DNA from: a virus
Lineage: Duplodnaviria; Heunggongvirae; Uroviricota; Caudoviricetes
Length of the DNA: 54,699 bases
Virus record (IMG/VR): IMGVR_UViG_2974665086_000001
Coordinates: 1 to 54,699 of that record
Direction: 5' to 3' (one strand)
Both the position numbers and the translations under genes were made by a program. How positions within the stretch are numbered: the first letter of the stretch is position 1; the number at the start of each line of letters is the position of its first letter. Positions 46,501 to 54,699 of this stretch are shown piece by piece. A model generated the notes under the pieces. The model did not search any database and was not told where the DNA came from. It saw only the letters and a program-made list of their open reading frames with translations.

Positions 46501-49500
46501 GGTTCTATGTTCGCTAAGAATAACCAGGCTTTGCAGAATACTCTAGCAACTGTAAGTACAATTGGTATGAGTTTGATGTTGCTTGCGGCTGCTGCACCTG
46601 GCTTGTTAGCTAAAATCGGAACTGCGTTTACTACTCAGTTCGGCAAGATGACTAAATCTGTCGGCGGTGGAACAGGAAAGATGACTGGCATGTTTAAGAG
46701 CATGGGCGCTGGCTTGATAAAGGCTTTGCCTTGGGCTGCCGTTGCCGCTGCTGGTGTAGCTGCTGCTTATGTTATCTATCGTGCCTTTACAGCTAATTCA
46801 CGTAAGCTTACAGAAGAAAACGATAAAATCACTAAGTCAATCGAAGGTTGGCAGAAGCTTCTAGACTTGGCTCCTACTGCTTTCGGTCAGATTGAAGGTA
46901 AGAATGGTGATGTTATTGATACTGCTACAAGCCTTATTGATGCCGCTAAGAAGGATGATAAGCTAGGTGCAGTTATTGACAAGCTTGCTCGTAATAGTGC
47001 AGACACACAGGAACTAAAGAATATCCTAGAACGCGAAGCCGTAAAGATGGGCGCTCGTGGTGCTGACAGCGCGACAATTGAAAAGGGTCTTAACACAGTT
47101 ATGGCCGCTGCGAACTTGCCGCCACAGGTTATTGATGAACTAAAGATTCAGTTTAAGAATGTTACTGTGACTGGTATCAACGGTGCCAGCTTGTCAGATG
47201 GTGTTAAGTCTCAGCTAGACGATGTTCTAGGTAGTCGTGATGGAAACACAGCATCAGGCGTTCAGCAGACATTTAATGGCGCAAGTCCTACCGATTTGTC
47301 TCAGCTTGCGAAGGCTCGTATTAATGACTTGATGGAACAGCTAGATAATGAAGCTGCAACTCAAGACCCTAAGGTTCGAGCAGACGTATTTAATGCCTGG
47401 ACAAAGGGACTTGAAGCTCAACTAGATAAGAGTCTAGCAGGTCTAAGTGAAGATGCTCGAAAGAAGATTGATTCACTTGGTGGAGTTGTTAAGCTAGATT
47501 GGGGAGACCTAGTTGATATGGAGGGCGACGGTTTAATTACTGACGCTCAGCGCGATGACTTGATGTATCAGAAGAAGGTTCTCGAGGATATGATTAGTCG
47601 TATCACTGCGGCCGGAAATGCTGATGATAAGGGTACAGCCGCCATGCTTACTGATATTAGCAGTGCAATGATTGTTCGTGCACAGCAAACAGGTACAGTA
47701 ATTATGTCCATGATGAGTGCTCAAGATAAGTTCCAGATGAAGGTATTCAGCATGGGCGATGCTTGGAAGAACCTTAGTGACGATGAAAAGGGAACTATCA
47801 TCAATCACTACCGTATGGCTGCGGGTCTAAAGGCTCTGACAGATCAGCAACGTGATGCCGCCATTGCTGCGGGCAACCTTGGTCCAGAGATTTATGACGT
47901 TGGTAAGGAAGCTGATATTGCTGCTGCGAAGGTAGCAGAAATGGACGCTGAATTCGGCGAAGGTAGAACTGCTGACTGGAAGATTACTCTAACAGTTGAC
48001 GGTATGGACTTTGGTAGCGTTGAAGATCAAGTGCAGGATATGAAGGATGCGCGTAAGAAGATCGGTGATCAAATTGCAGAAGATATGCAGGTTGACGCAG
48101 AAAACCAACACGCTGCTTCGGAACGTTCTCGCAAGGCTGCACAGCAAGAGGAGACAGACGCACTAAGCGAAGCTCAGAAGTCTGAATCAAAGGCTTTGTC
48201 AAAGGCTCAGGATGCTGAAAAGAAGGCATTCGATAAGGGCTGGGATCAGCGTATTGAAAATGAGAACAAGGGTTACGAAGATCGCATTAAGGCGATTGAA
48301 GATACTCAGGAAGCGGAAGATGATCTAGAGCGCACACGTAAGCGTAATAGTGATCGCGAATCTCGTCGCCTTAAGTACCTACAGAGCTTGATGCAGGGAC
48401 AGATCGATTATGCTGCGGCTATGGCTGGCGGTAATCTTGACGAAGCTGCACGTATTAGTCTAAATGCTTCTGAAACTACTCAGAACTACGCACAGGAAAC
48501 AACTGATGCGGAAGCTGGTTATAAGAAGGAAGACGACGACCGCGCTAGAAGCAAGGTTATCGATCAGATTAAGGAAGAACAAGACGCTCGCATGAAGTCT
48601 CTCGAACTACAGAGAGAGGCCGAAAGCGAGGCAATGCAAGAACGTCTTGAAATGCAGACAGAGGAATTGCAGAAGAAGCAAGAAGCTCAGTCTAAGTATC
48701 TTTCTCAGAAGCAGGCTAATGAAGATGTTGCCAACGAATTAGCTTATCAGTCAACTCAGCGTAAGCTACAGCGTGAACTTGACGCATTGCGTCAGATCAT
48801 CCCTGTGACTAATGCCGAGCAAATGGCTCAGGTTAATGCGATGGAAGCTGTATACCAGAAGTACGGTATTAACTTAACTGTAAGTGCCGAGGGTTGGGCT
48901 ACAACAATTGAAAAGGGTCTAGTTGATCACGTAGATATTGCTCGTCAGAAGACAGCTAACGAAGCTGCTTGGAACGACTTTGGTAACAAGATTGCCAATG
49001 CCGCTGCCAACGGTGGATTTGATATGTCCATTGACGACTTTATGAAGTTCATCAGCACAGGTGAGCTACCAGCTAACTACAAGGCTGCGCAGAGTGCTAA
49101 GGACAATAACATGTTCGGCGCACGACACGGCGGTGGTCCTATTGGAAACATCGGCGGTGGCTACGATAAGTTTAATAGTCGTGGTGGTCGTTCAATGAGT
49201 TCTGGTATTGCACGAGACGAAGCACCAATTCTCGCTCAAAAGGGTGAGTTTATGATGCAGAAGAAGGCCGTAAACACTTACGGTTCTGACGTTATGCACG
49301 CTATCAACAATGGTACTTTCAACCCAGGTAATACAGGTGGCGCAGAAGTAACTAACATGAACGCTATCGGTGGTTTCGGTATCGGAAACATTGGTGCCTT
49401 TATTGCTGCTGGTATGATGCGTGCAGTTATCAGTCGTGCAGTTGAAGCTACTGGTAATGCTATGATGAATGCAGTTAGCGGCGGTGGAGACATTGGTGCT

Positions 49501-50742
49501 ATCAACATTAGTCAGAAGGCAGGACGCTACGGTAATACTGTACTGAACGAAACTCAGCTAAAGACTGCTGCTCTAATTGCAGAAGCTTCGAGAGAAGTAG
49601 GCGCAAGTAAGCGTGATCTAACAATCGCACTTATGACAGCTTTCCAGGAATCAAGTATGGGTACCGCTGGTATGTATACAGAAGTTGACCATGACTCTCT
49701 TGGTCCATTCCAGCAGAGAGCTGCTTGGGGTCCACGTGCAGATAGAACAGATATTAAGAAGTCTACAAAGATGTTCTATCATGGTGGTCAGCAAGGTCAG
49801 CGAGGTTTGTTCGACTTCCCTAACCGTAACTCAATGAGTCTAGGTCAGGCTGCTCAGGCAGTTCAGGTATCTGGTAACCCAGGTGCTTACGATCAGTGGA
49901 GAGACGAAGCCGAAGCTATTATCGCAGCGGGTGTTGGTACTGATATCAGTCGCAAGGACTTGGGCAATAACCTTAAGTTCGGTGGTTGGACAACAAAGGG
50001 TATCGATGCTTATGCAGCAAAGTGGGCAAGTAGCGCTGTAGGTTCTGGTGGACCTATGAACGTTCAGCCTGGCGAATACCAGAACCCTGTTCCTGGTTCT
50101 CCTGTAACTTCTGGTTATGGTATGCGTTGGGGAGCACTGCACGATGGTATCGACTTCGGTGCACCGATTGGTACTCCGATTTACGCTACTAAGGCAGGTA
50201 CAGTTACATTTGCTTCTAACTATGACGATGGTGGCTTTGGTTATCACACAGTTGTTGACCACGGTGGCGGTATTACTTCTGGTTATGCCCACCAGTCTCG
50301 TCTAGGTGTTTCTGCTGGACAGCAAGTTGCTAAGGGTCAGAACATTGGTTGGGTTGGTAATACAGGTCAGTCAACTGGTCCCCACCTTCACTTCCAGCTA
50401 GGTAGGGGTTCAAGTGGTGGTAAGTATTCTTACTCAACCGACCCTGCACAGTTTGGTATTCCAGGTTTGCGCGTGGGTGGCATTGTAGGTTATGATAATA
50501 CTATTGCCAACTTGCACAAGGATGAGGCTGTATTGACAGCGCCTTTGAGCAAGAGTCTACAAAATGGTATTAATAACCTAGAAGCCGGTAACACAGGAGA
50601 GATTAGTCTAAATCTTACTGTAGAAGGTTCTGTGTATGGTGTAGATCACCTGAACGCAATTCTAGAGGGATTCAAGAAGGAGATTAAGCAGGAATTGATT
50701 GAAGAGCAGAGAATGAAGCAACGTAGGGTTACTGGTAAGTAA
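43531..50742 (+). CDS. Tape measure protein with C-terminal lytic-transglycosylase-like and M23 peptidase domains
   Basis: About 2400 aa; tape-measure domain; TAFQES..DHDSLGPFQQR; HDGIDF, YAH, HLHF. First ATG is 43591; proposed ATA start is 43531. Confidence 0.92.
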   Translation: MANARSTVTIGFQTTGANTAMQQMAKLRAQLASLNTAMASRTQLPVVMNGPLRDMDQLTKRIQQGKISSKEFNDTLFKRNKLMEYQNRLQKANLANARQIGTSGRFAGQLNIPQLNAQSAAMKRTAADWATMSAAAKSYGRSVQDAGKNMAFMGRQSLLSITAPIVAIGAATAMAFYDVDKGLTNIVKVYGDSRDKIQASANDIRDASMSLAKDLVNGLGTSVNDTLKLAGAFAALGESGTNLDNMTTQAARLMRLGDVTTESATKMISTLRTVFSLSGSGLSEAINYANEMENSTTLTMQDFSDALPKIGPIVKAWNGDIKDAGTILEAFTRSGINAVEGANALKSGFAKLSRTTPQLRNMFDEMTGGKDLDAIVKQYQGDVPKILAEIGKIQDAQNWDRYKRGKFASQLWGAQQLARGMALTENLANPGAQRAQDIAAKSREELAAIAQREIDAIMNSASAKFDVALQNMKLFAAQIGEKVLPLITSMIQGFMKVGEFIHKAYQNFREFTGPIGDLLAFVGKLTAGLLVMMGPIMLMIAAAKMIKGTLIRGWGAVVGDRMTKRAGGNASTFSTAEQKASQLSSTKITQAHQAQNRSYASLQSAVNRLTSTYNAQATAAQRAATSNLAASNTNAAAAQRLNAITAQGAQQRAQAAQAAVLATKQTTSATRAQTRAISGQTLAVSSNNAATRSSFTLRQQAMRTDANTGMNTSPPKNTLLSSNGGRWEQNTRSGDIARLNSDGSRSPVSAASQARIRQEFANQRLAQLNSVTQAAGLNARAANAQSSAVGSSALNANTSATASRVAAATSTSAAALAPVNPLIRQATISQRAFTAASNQTAQSLARGVAGSYSSIVARQQNVVGLQNRINAAVSKGNAATRLQALTAAQSAQMQNNTLLAQNAGRNAMNSMFVSQGRQLTPQQQRKNAMQARMQNLMATQGNRAGAPSSLIGTQAPANTAAMARNMTVTADRAGDVGQKLGGALVVTGLLGSMFAKNNQALQNTLATVSTIGMSLMLLAAAAPGLLAKIGTAFTTQFGKMTKSVGGGTGKMTGMFKSMGAGLIKALPWAAVAAAGVAAAYVIYRAFTANSRKLTEENDKITKSIEGWQKLLDLAPTAFGQIEGKNGDVIDTATSLIDAAKKDDKLGAVIDKLARNSADTQELKNILEREAVKMGARGADSATIEKGLNTVMAAANLPPQVIDELKIQFKNVTVTGINGASLSDGVKSQLDDVLGSRDGNTASGVQQTFNGASPTDLSQLAKARINDLMEQLDNEAATQDPKVRADVFNAWTKGLEAQLDKSLAGLSEDARKKIDSLGGVVKLDWGDLVDMEGDGLITDAQRDDLMYQKKVLEDMISRITAAGNADDKGTAAMLTDISSAMIVRAQQTGTVIMSMMSAQDKFQMKVFSMGDAWKNLSDDEKGTIINHYRMAAGLKALTDQQRDAAIAAGNLGPEIYDVGKEADIAAAKVAEMDAEFGEGRTADWKITLTVDGMDFGSVEDQVQDMKDARKKIGDQIAEDMQVDAENQHAASERSRKAAQQEETDALSEAQKSESKALSKAQDAEKKAFDKGWDQRIENENKGYEDRIKAIEDTQEAEDDLERTRKRNSDRESRRLKYLQSLMQGQIDYAAAMAGGNLDEAARISLNASETTQNYAQETTDAEAGYKKEDDDRARSKVIDQIKEEQDARMKSLELQREAESEAMQERLEMQTEELQKKQEAQSKYLSQKQANEDVANELAYQSTQRKLQRELDALRQIIPVTNAEQMAQVNAMEAVYQKYGINLTVSAEGWATTIEKGLVDHVDIARQKTANEAAWNDFGNKIANAAANGGFDMSIDDFMKFISTGELPANYKAAQSAKDNNMFGARHGGGPIGNIGGGYDKFNSRGGRSMSSGIARDEAPILAQKGEFMMQKKAVNTYGSDVMHAINNGTFNPGNTGGAEVTNMNAIGGFGIGNIGAFIAAGMMRAVISRAVEATGNAMMNAVSGGGDIGAINISQKAGRYGNTVLNETQLKTAALIAEASREVGASKRDLTIALMTAFQESSMGTAGMYTEVDHDSLGPFQQRAAWGPRADRTDIKKSTKMFYHGGQQGQRGLFDFPNRNSMSLGQAAQAVQVSGNPGAYDQWRDEAEAIIAAGVGTDISRKDLGNNLKFGGWTTKGIDAYAAKWASSAVGSGGPMNVQPGEYQNPVPGSPVTSGYGMRWGALHDGIDFGAPIGTPIYATKAGTVTFASNYDDGGFGYHTVVDHGGGITSGYAHQSRLGVSAGQQVAKGQNIGWVGNTGQSTGPHLHFQLGRGSSGGKYSYSTDPAQFGIPGLRVGGIVGYDNTIANLHKDEAVLTAPLSKSLQNGINNLEAGNTGEISLNLTVEGSVYGVDHLNAILEGFKKEIKQELIEEQRMKQRRVTGK

Positions 50743-51155
50743 TGGTAGCTTACCAGTTCCCCGTAAAGGCGTTGTTAGAGTTTAATGGAAACAAGGTAAC
50801 GGATCATAACCGAGCACAGATAAGTGTTGGTACTGAGAAGTTTGGTAACGATAATCGTATGGTTAACGCTACCTTACGCCGTTACGTTGTTTCTGAAAAA
50901 CGAACTTGGTCTGTCGGATGGAACAATCTCTTCGCCAAGTCCGGTGCTGTCGTAGATGGTTACTGGTCTGGCGAGGAAATTCGTTCTTTCTATAAAGCAA
51001 CACCAGGTGAGTTTACATTAACTTTAAACTATGGCGATGGAACAAAAGAAGATGTTCTCGTTATGTTTACAAGTTGGAGTTACGATGTTTTGAAGAGAAC
51101 ACCAGGACAAACAGGTGACTGGTGGGACGTTAGTTTAGAGATGACAGAGGTATAA
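50742..51155 (+). CDS. Distal tail-like minor tail protein
   Basis: Directly after the tape measure; 137 aa. Confidence 0.65.
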   Translation: MVAYQFPVKALLEFNGNKVTDHNRAQISVGTEKFGNDNRMVNATLRRYVVSEKRTWSVGWNNLFAKSGAVVDGYWSGEEIRSFYKATPGEFTLTLNYGDGTKEDVLVMFTSWSYDVLKRTPGQTGDWWDVSLEMTEV

Positions 51156-54100
51156 TGCAGAAGCCACTATTAAATGAATATGTAAATGAGCTGGATTATA
51201 ACCATGATATTCATGGTACGCCCAAGGTCGTTGCCGAGCTAAACTGGAATCAGACTAAGTTCCTTGCCGATCCCGCAAAGCGTGGTTCTCACGTGCGCGT
51301 ATTCGACGGAACTGGTATTAATCCTGTTAATGAAACAGGGTTCAATCAGGTATTCCAAGAGTCTCGCTACAAAAAGTCTGTATACAGCAGTACAGTCAAC
51401 TGGTACGAAGGTTCTAACAAGCCACAGTTAGACTGGGTTGTTCCTCCGCGTATGCCTGGATCGTTCACAAAGTTCGGTGCAGAGCAGACGTTCTATATCG
51501 ATGTGCAGGAGCCGGGTACCTGGAAGTTCTTTGTGAGTTCTGACGATGGTCACGACTTAACAATTTACAGCCAGACAGACGTACCTACCAAGGTTACGTC
51601 GTATTACGGTGGACGCTTTATCTCATTCCCGCCTAACTATACTGAAAGCGGAACATACAACTTCCCGACAGTAGGACGTTACAAGGTAAGAGCACGCGTT
51701 TACAACAACGATATTGCGTGGGGTATTTTTATTGGGTATCAGACACCAACAATGATTGCAGCATCCAAGGTGCCAGTTTACTTAACCGATTTGGCTATTA
51801 GACCGGACCAGCTAGATGCTCCATTTGCCAACCCAGTAATTCCATACAACCCTTATGCAGCAGACACAAAAGAGTGGAAGGAATGGCGAGAGTTCTACCC
51901 GGTAGATTCGATCATTAAGCCGCACAGACCTGAATCTGGAATCAGATACAACGAGCTGGACGGCGATGCTTATTTGATGAGCTACAGTGATTTCATCGTA
52001 GAGCCAGGTGGATACAAGCTACCTCACTATTACACTTTAAATAAGAAACAACAGACGTTCGCATACTGGAAGACGGACACCAAGAGCGCAGCAACAGGCA
52101 ACGCTTCTGGTTACCCAATCAGCAATGCAGATGTTACAATATTCTACAACGAGCCAGTTCCTACAAATAAGATTGTTGTCACCAACAATATAGGACCAGT
52201 GCCTACGGTATTTGCGATTACTTATCGTGACGAAGCTGGGGTTTGGCATGACGTAGTTAAGACTACAGACGTTATCGCAGTCAATCAGGAAACTGGTAGA
52301 CTCGAAATGTATATCAATGAGCTAGGGAACTGGACAGAAGCGCCAGTTATCGATCTAGATTATTCTGTAAATGTAACAGCGTTGCGTTATCGTGTTGAGC
52401 GTTTGAATGCCAGAAACTCACGTCTAGAGGTTCTAGAGTTAAGTGCTCGCAAGGAACTAGATATTACAGATCGTATCGTTGACTTTAGTGTTGACAATAC
52501 GATGGATGAAGCTGATTTCTTACGAATTATCGGCTCAATCAGTAGTAACTCTGGTAGTGTGACAATTAGCAACTGGGACGGAGCGTTCAATCTGGAAGAA
52601 CTTGCACCTATTACAGATGCAAAAGATAGATTGAATTTGCTTGCAGAACGTCAGGTTAAGTTTACGTTCGATCTGTTGTATGATCTTAAGGAACAGGGAG
52701 AGCTAACACCTTATCCTGTTCGTTTGGCGACAATGTACGCTAGTGACTGGTCGAAGGACGGCGAGTTTGATTACTCGGTTAACCTGTTCGACAGCGCTAA
52801 ATACCTGATGAACGTGCAGTGTCCTGATCTATATGAAAAGGATATGCCAATTCATATTCTGATCGCTCAGATTCTAGACAGCGTGGGATTCAGTCAGTAC
52901 AGACTTGACAAAGAGGATTACAGCTCAACAAGCCCGGTATTGGATTTCTTCTCGAACAAGCTAGATGCGACGGTATGGGAAGTTTTGCAGGAGCTATGCA
53001 CCAACACTATGTCTGCCATTTACATGGATGAATACGATGTGTTGCAGCTTATTACTCGTGACAAGATTACCAAGGCAGAAGAACCAGTTTATACCTTGCG
53101 TGGACAGACAGATAATGACGGTAAGCTACCGAACATTATTACGTTCGACAAGAACTACGATATGGAAGCTAACAAGGTAAAGATTACTTGGAAGCCGAAA
53201 AAGGTAAAGACAAATAAAGACCCGATCTTCCCCGAAGACTTGACAGATATTCTATGGCAGTCTAATGAAACGATTACTTTGCGTGCAACAAGACTTGTTA
53301 AGACTCTGGCATATGAGGAAGAAAACGAATTCTGGATCGATGAGAAGGAAGCGGTTGAATGGCCTTACAAGGGTAAAGCCAATATCAATGGTGAAATGGT
53401 TGCGTGGGATGGTAAAGAATACTACTTCCGCGTGCGCAAGACACCTATCAATCAGCCTCCGGTTGTCGAATACCAGACACGAGTTGTTCGATCTAAGGAA
53501 GAATTAGATCAGTGTATCGCTATGGCTAAGGATAATACTTATCAGTACGTGAATAAGTTCACAGGTAAGATTATGCTACGTCGTGACGAGAAGACTAACG
53601 TGCCTACAGGCCGTGCAATTGACCCGAGCAAGTATCGAGTTGCGCACCCTGTTAATCGTCGTCCGGGCTGGATTGACGCTACTACAACAATCGGTCAGCA
53701 GGGTATTTTCCCTGGATTCTGGCCGGGTGAGCAGTCAACTAGCTGGTACACACAGACTAATAGCCCTAACCAAACTAGCATCGAAATCAATCGACCTACG
53801 AACCGAAGTGACGATTGGTTCAAGAATCAGATTTTGATGCGAAAGTCAGAGCTACCTTTACAGCAATGGGGAGCTAGAATTAAGTTTAAGAATTCTACTA
53901 CTATTGGTGAGTTGAACTTCATGTTCAATATGGGTCAAAGCTTTGGCAACTCGGAGGTAGTAACTACTGCCATTCCGGCACTGTTCAACCAGTATTACAA
54001 CGTGACATTCCTCGAGACTCAGAATCTCGTGCGCAATGCTACACACGAAATTGCAGCATGGGTAGTATCACCTGACCCTGTTTACAGAACATGGGACAAC

Positions 54101-54699
54101 GCTATTCGTGGTTCTGCAAGTCGTATGTATAACCGTAACTACTGGGATACATGGGCCGAACGAATGAAGGGTTATCAATTCGAGTTTAAACGTGACACTT
54201 GGTATGATATCAAGATTGACCTTACAAGAGGTCGTGGTTATAACGCTAACTCAGATATGCACTTCTTTATCTGGATTAACGGTATGCCTGTCGGTGGCTT
54301 TAACGCAGCAGGACCAGCTAATAGACATAAGTGGCTAGCCAGAACTAACTACTGGGCTATTGGTAGTCGTGCAGCATCAAAGGTTGAAGTTGAATCGGCT
54401 TACAGTTGGACCGAGTTCGATGTGGACGAAGGTACGTTGCAGACGTACGAAAACTTCCGTTACGATTACACCAACGGAGGTTACTTGTCAACATATCTGG
54501 AAGACGGAGTTTTGTACCCAAGCAAGGGTAAGACTGCGCCGTACAGAGACGGAGCTGAGTTCAACGGTGAGTTCTTTTTCGATGACTTCGGAGGAATGGT
54601 CCACGAGATTCGTGACTTTGAGGTTAACCTAGATAAGGCACCAGCTATGAGTCAGAACGTTTTGATCAGTAATGAGGGTGTAAGAGAGCTTGATCTAGT
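51155..54699 (+). CDS. Large minor tail/baseplate protein, truncated by the window end; PA14-like domain
   Basis: ATG overlaps the upstream TAA; frame open at the start and end as read by hand (absent from the track because it has no stop); GTWKFFVSSDDGHDLTIY. Confidence 0.8.
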   Translation, partial: MQKPLLNEYVNELDYNHDIHGTPKVVAELNWNQTKFLADPAKRGSHVRVFDGTGINPVNETGFNQVFQESRYKKSVYSSTVNWYEGSNKPQLDWVVPPRMPGSFTKFGAEQTFYIDVQEPGTWKFFVSSDDGHDLTIYSQTDVPTKVTSYYGGRFISFPPNYTESGTYNFPTVGRYKVRARVYNNDIAWGIFIGYQTPTMIAASKVPVYLTDLAIRPDQLDAPFANPVIPYNPYAADTKEWKEWREFYPVDSIIKPHRPESGIRYNELDGDAYLMSYSDFIVEPGGYKLPHYYTLNKKQQTFAYWKTDTKSAATGNASGYPISNADVTIFYNEPVPTNKIVVTNNIGPVPTVFAITYRDEAGVWHDVVKTTDVIAVNQETGRLEMYINELGNWTEAPVIDLDYSVNVTALRYRVERLNARNSRLEVLELSARKELDITDRIVDFSVDNTMDEADFLRIIGSISSNSGSVTISNWDGAFNLEELAPITDAKDRLNLLAERQVKFTFDLLYDLKEQGELTPYPVRLATMYASDWSKDGEFDYSVNLFDSAKYLMNVQCPDLYEKDMPIHILIAQILDSVGFSQYRLDKEDYSSTSPVLDFFSNKLDATVWEVLQELCTNTMSAIYMDEYDVLQLITRDKITKAEEPVYTLRGQTDNDGKLPNIITFDKNYDMEANKVKITWKPKKVKTNKDPIFPEDLTDILWQSNETITLRATRLVKTLAYEEENEFWIDEKEAVEWPYKGKANINGEMVAWDGKEYYFRVRKTPINQPPVVEYQTRVVRSKEELDQCIAMAKDNTYQYVNKFTGKIMLRRDEKTNVPTGRAIDPSKYRVAHPVNRRPGWIDATTTIGQQGIFPGFWPGEQSTSWYTQTNSPNQTSIEINRPTNRSDDWFKNQILMRKSELPLQQWGARIKFKNSTTIGELNFMFNMGQSFGNSEVVTTAIPALFNQYYNVTFLETQNLVRNATHEIAAWVVSPDPVYRTWDNAIRGSASRMYNRNYWDTWAERMKGYQFEFKRDTWYDIKIDLTRGRGYNANSDMHFFIWINGMPVGGFNAAGPANRHKWLARTNYWAIGSRAASKVEVESAYSWTEFDVDEGTLQTYENFRYDYTNGGYLSTYLEDGVLYPSKGKTAPYRDGAEFNGEFFFDDFGGMVHEIRDFEVNLDKAPAMSQNVLISNEGVRELDL

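Overview
Segment of a large, low-GC (roughly 44% by eye) lytic siphovirus genome. The LGFP-repeat amidase lysin, DUF4185 protein and Rpf point to a mycolic-acid actinobacterial host such as Rhodococcus or Gordonia (inference). The window probably starts at or near the left genome end. Layout: (i) 1-2840, an AT-rich, repeat-rich end region. Two clusters of related 20/37-bp repeats flank a small GC-richer + strand cassette of four hypothetical genes. (ii) 3055-21533, a leftward arm of about 45 accessory genes: C5 DNA methylase, a Prs-like plus Nampt-like pair (NARP1-type NAD+ reconstitution), RNA ligase, SpoU methylase, DUF4185 (GH183-like), ADP-ribosylglycohydrolase, ThyX, SLOG/DUF2493, secreted Rpf, FkbM methylase, Dda-like helicase and twin Zn-finger proteins. 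(iii) 22279-end, a rightward arm: glycosyltransferase, endonuclease, nrdB/nrdA, endolysin, two tailspike-like proteins sharing an N-terminus, portal, protease/scaffold, capsid, head-tail genes, major tail, frameshifted tail chaperone, tape measure and a large minor tail protein cut by the window end. Most striking observations: NrdA stops before its redox-active C-terminal cysteines, and the missing tail appears to be encoded as a separate 28-aa peptide with its own RBS (26719-26805). A ~195-nt highly structured RNA candidate with its own promoter follows the lysin. The tape measure and lysin appear to start at ATA codons. All family calls are motif recognition by eye; no database searches were run. 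No tRNA, CRISPR array, integrase or terminase was seen.
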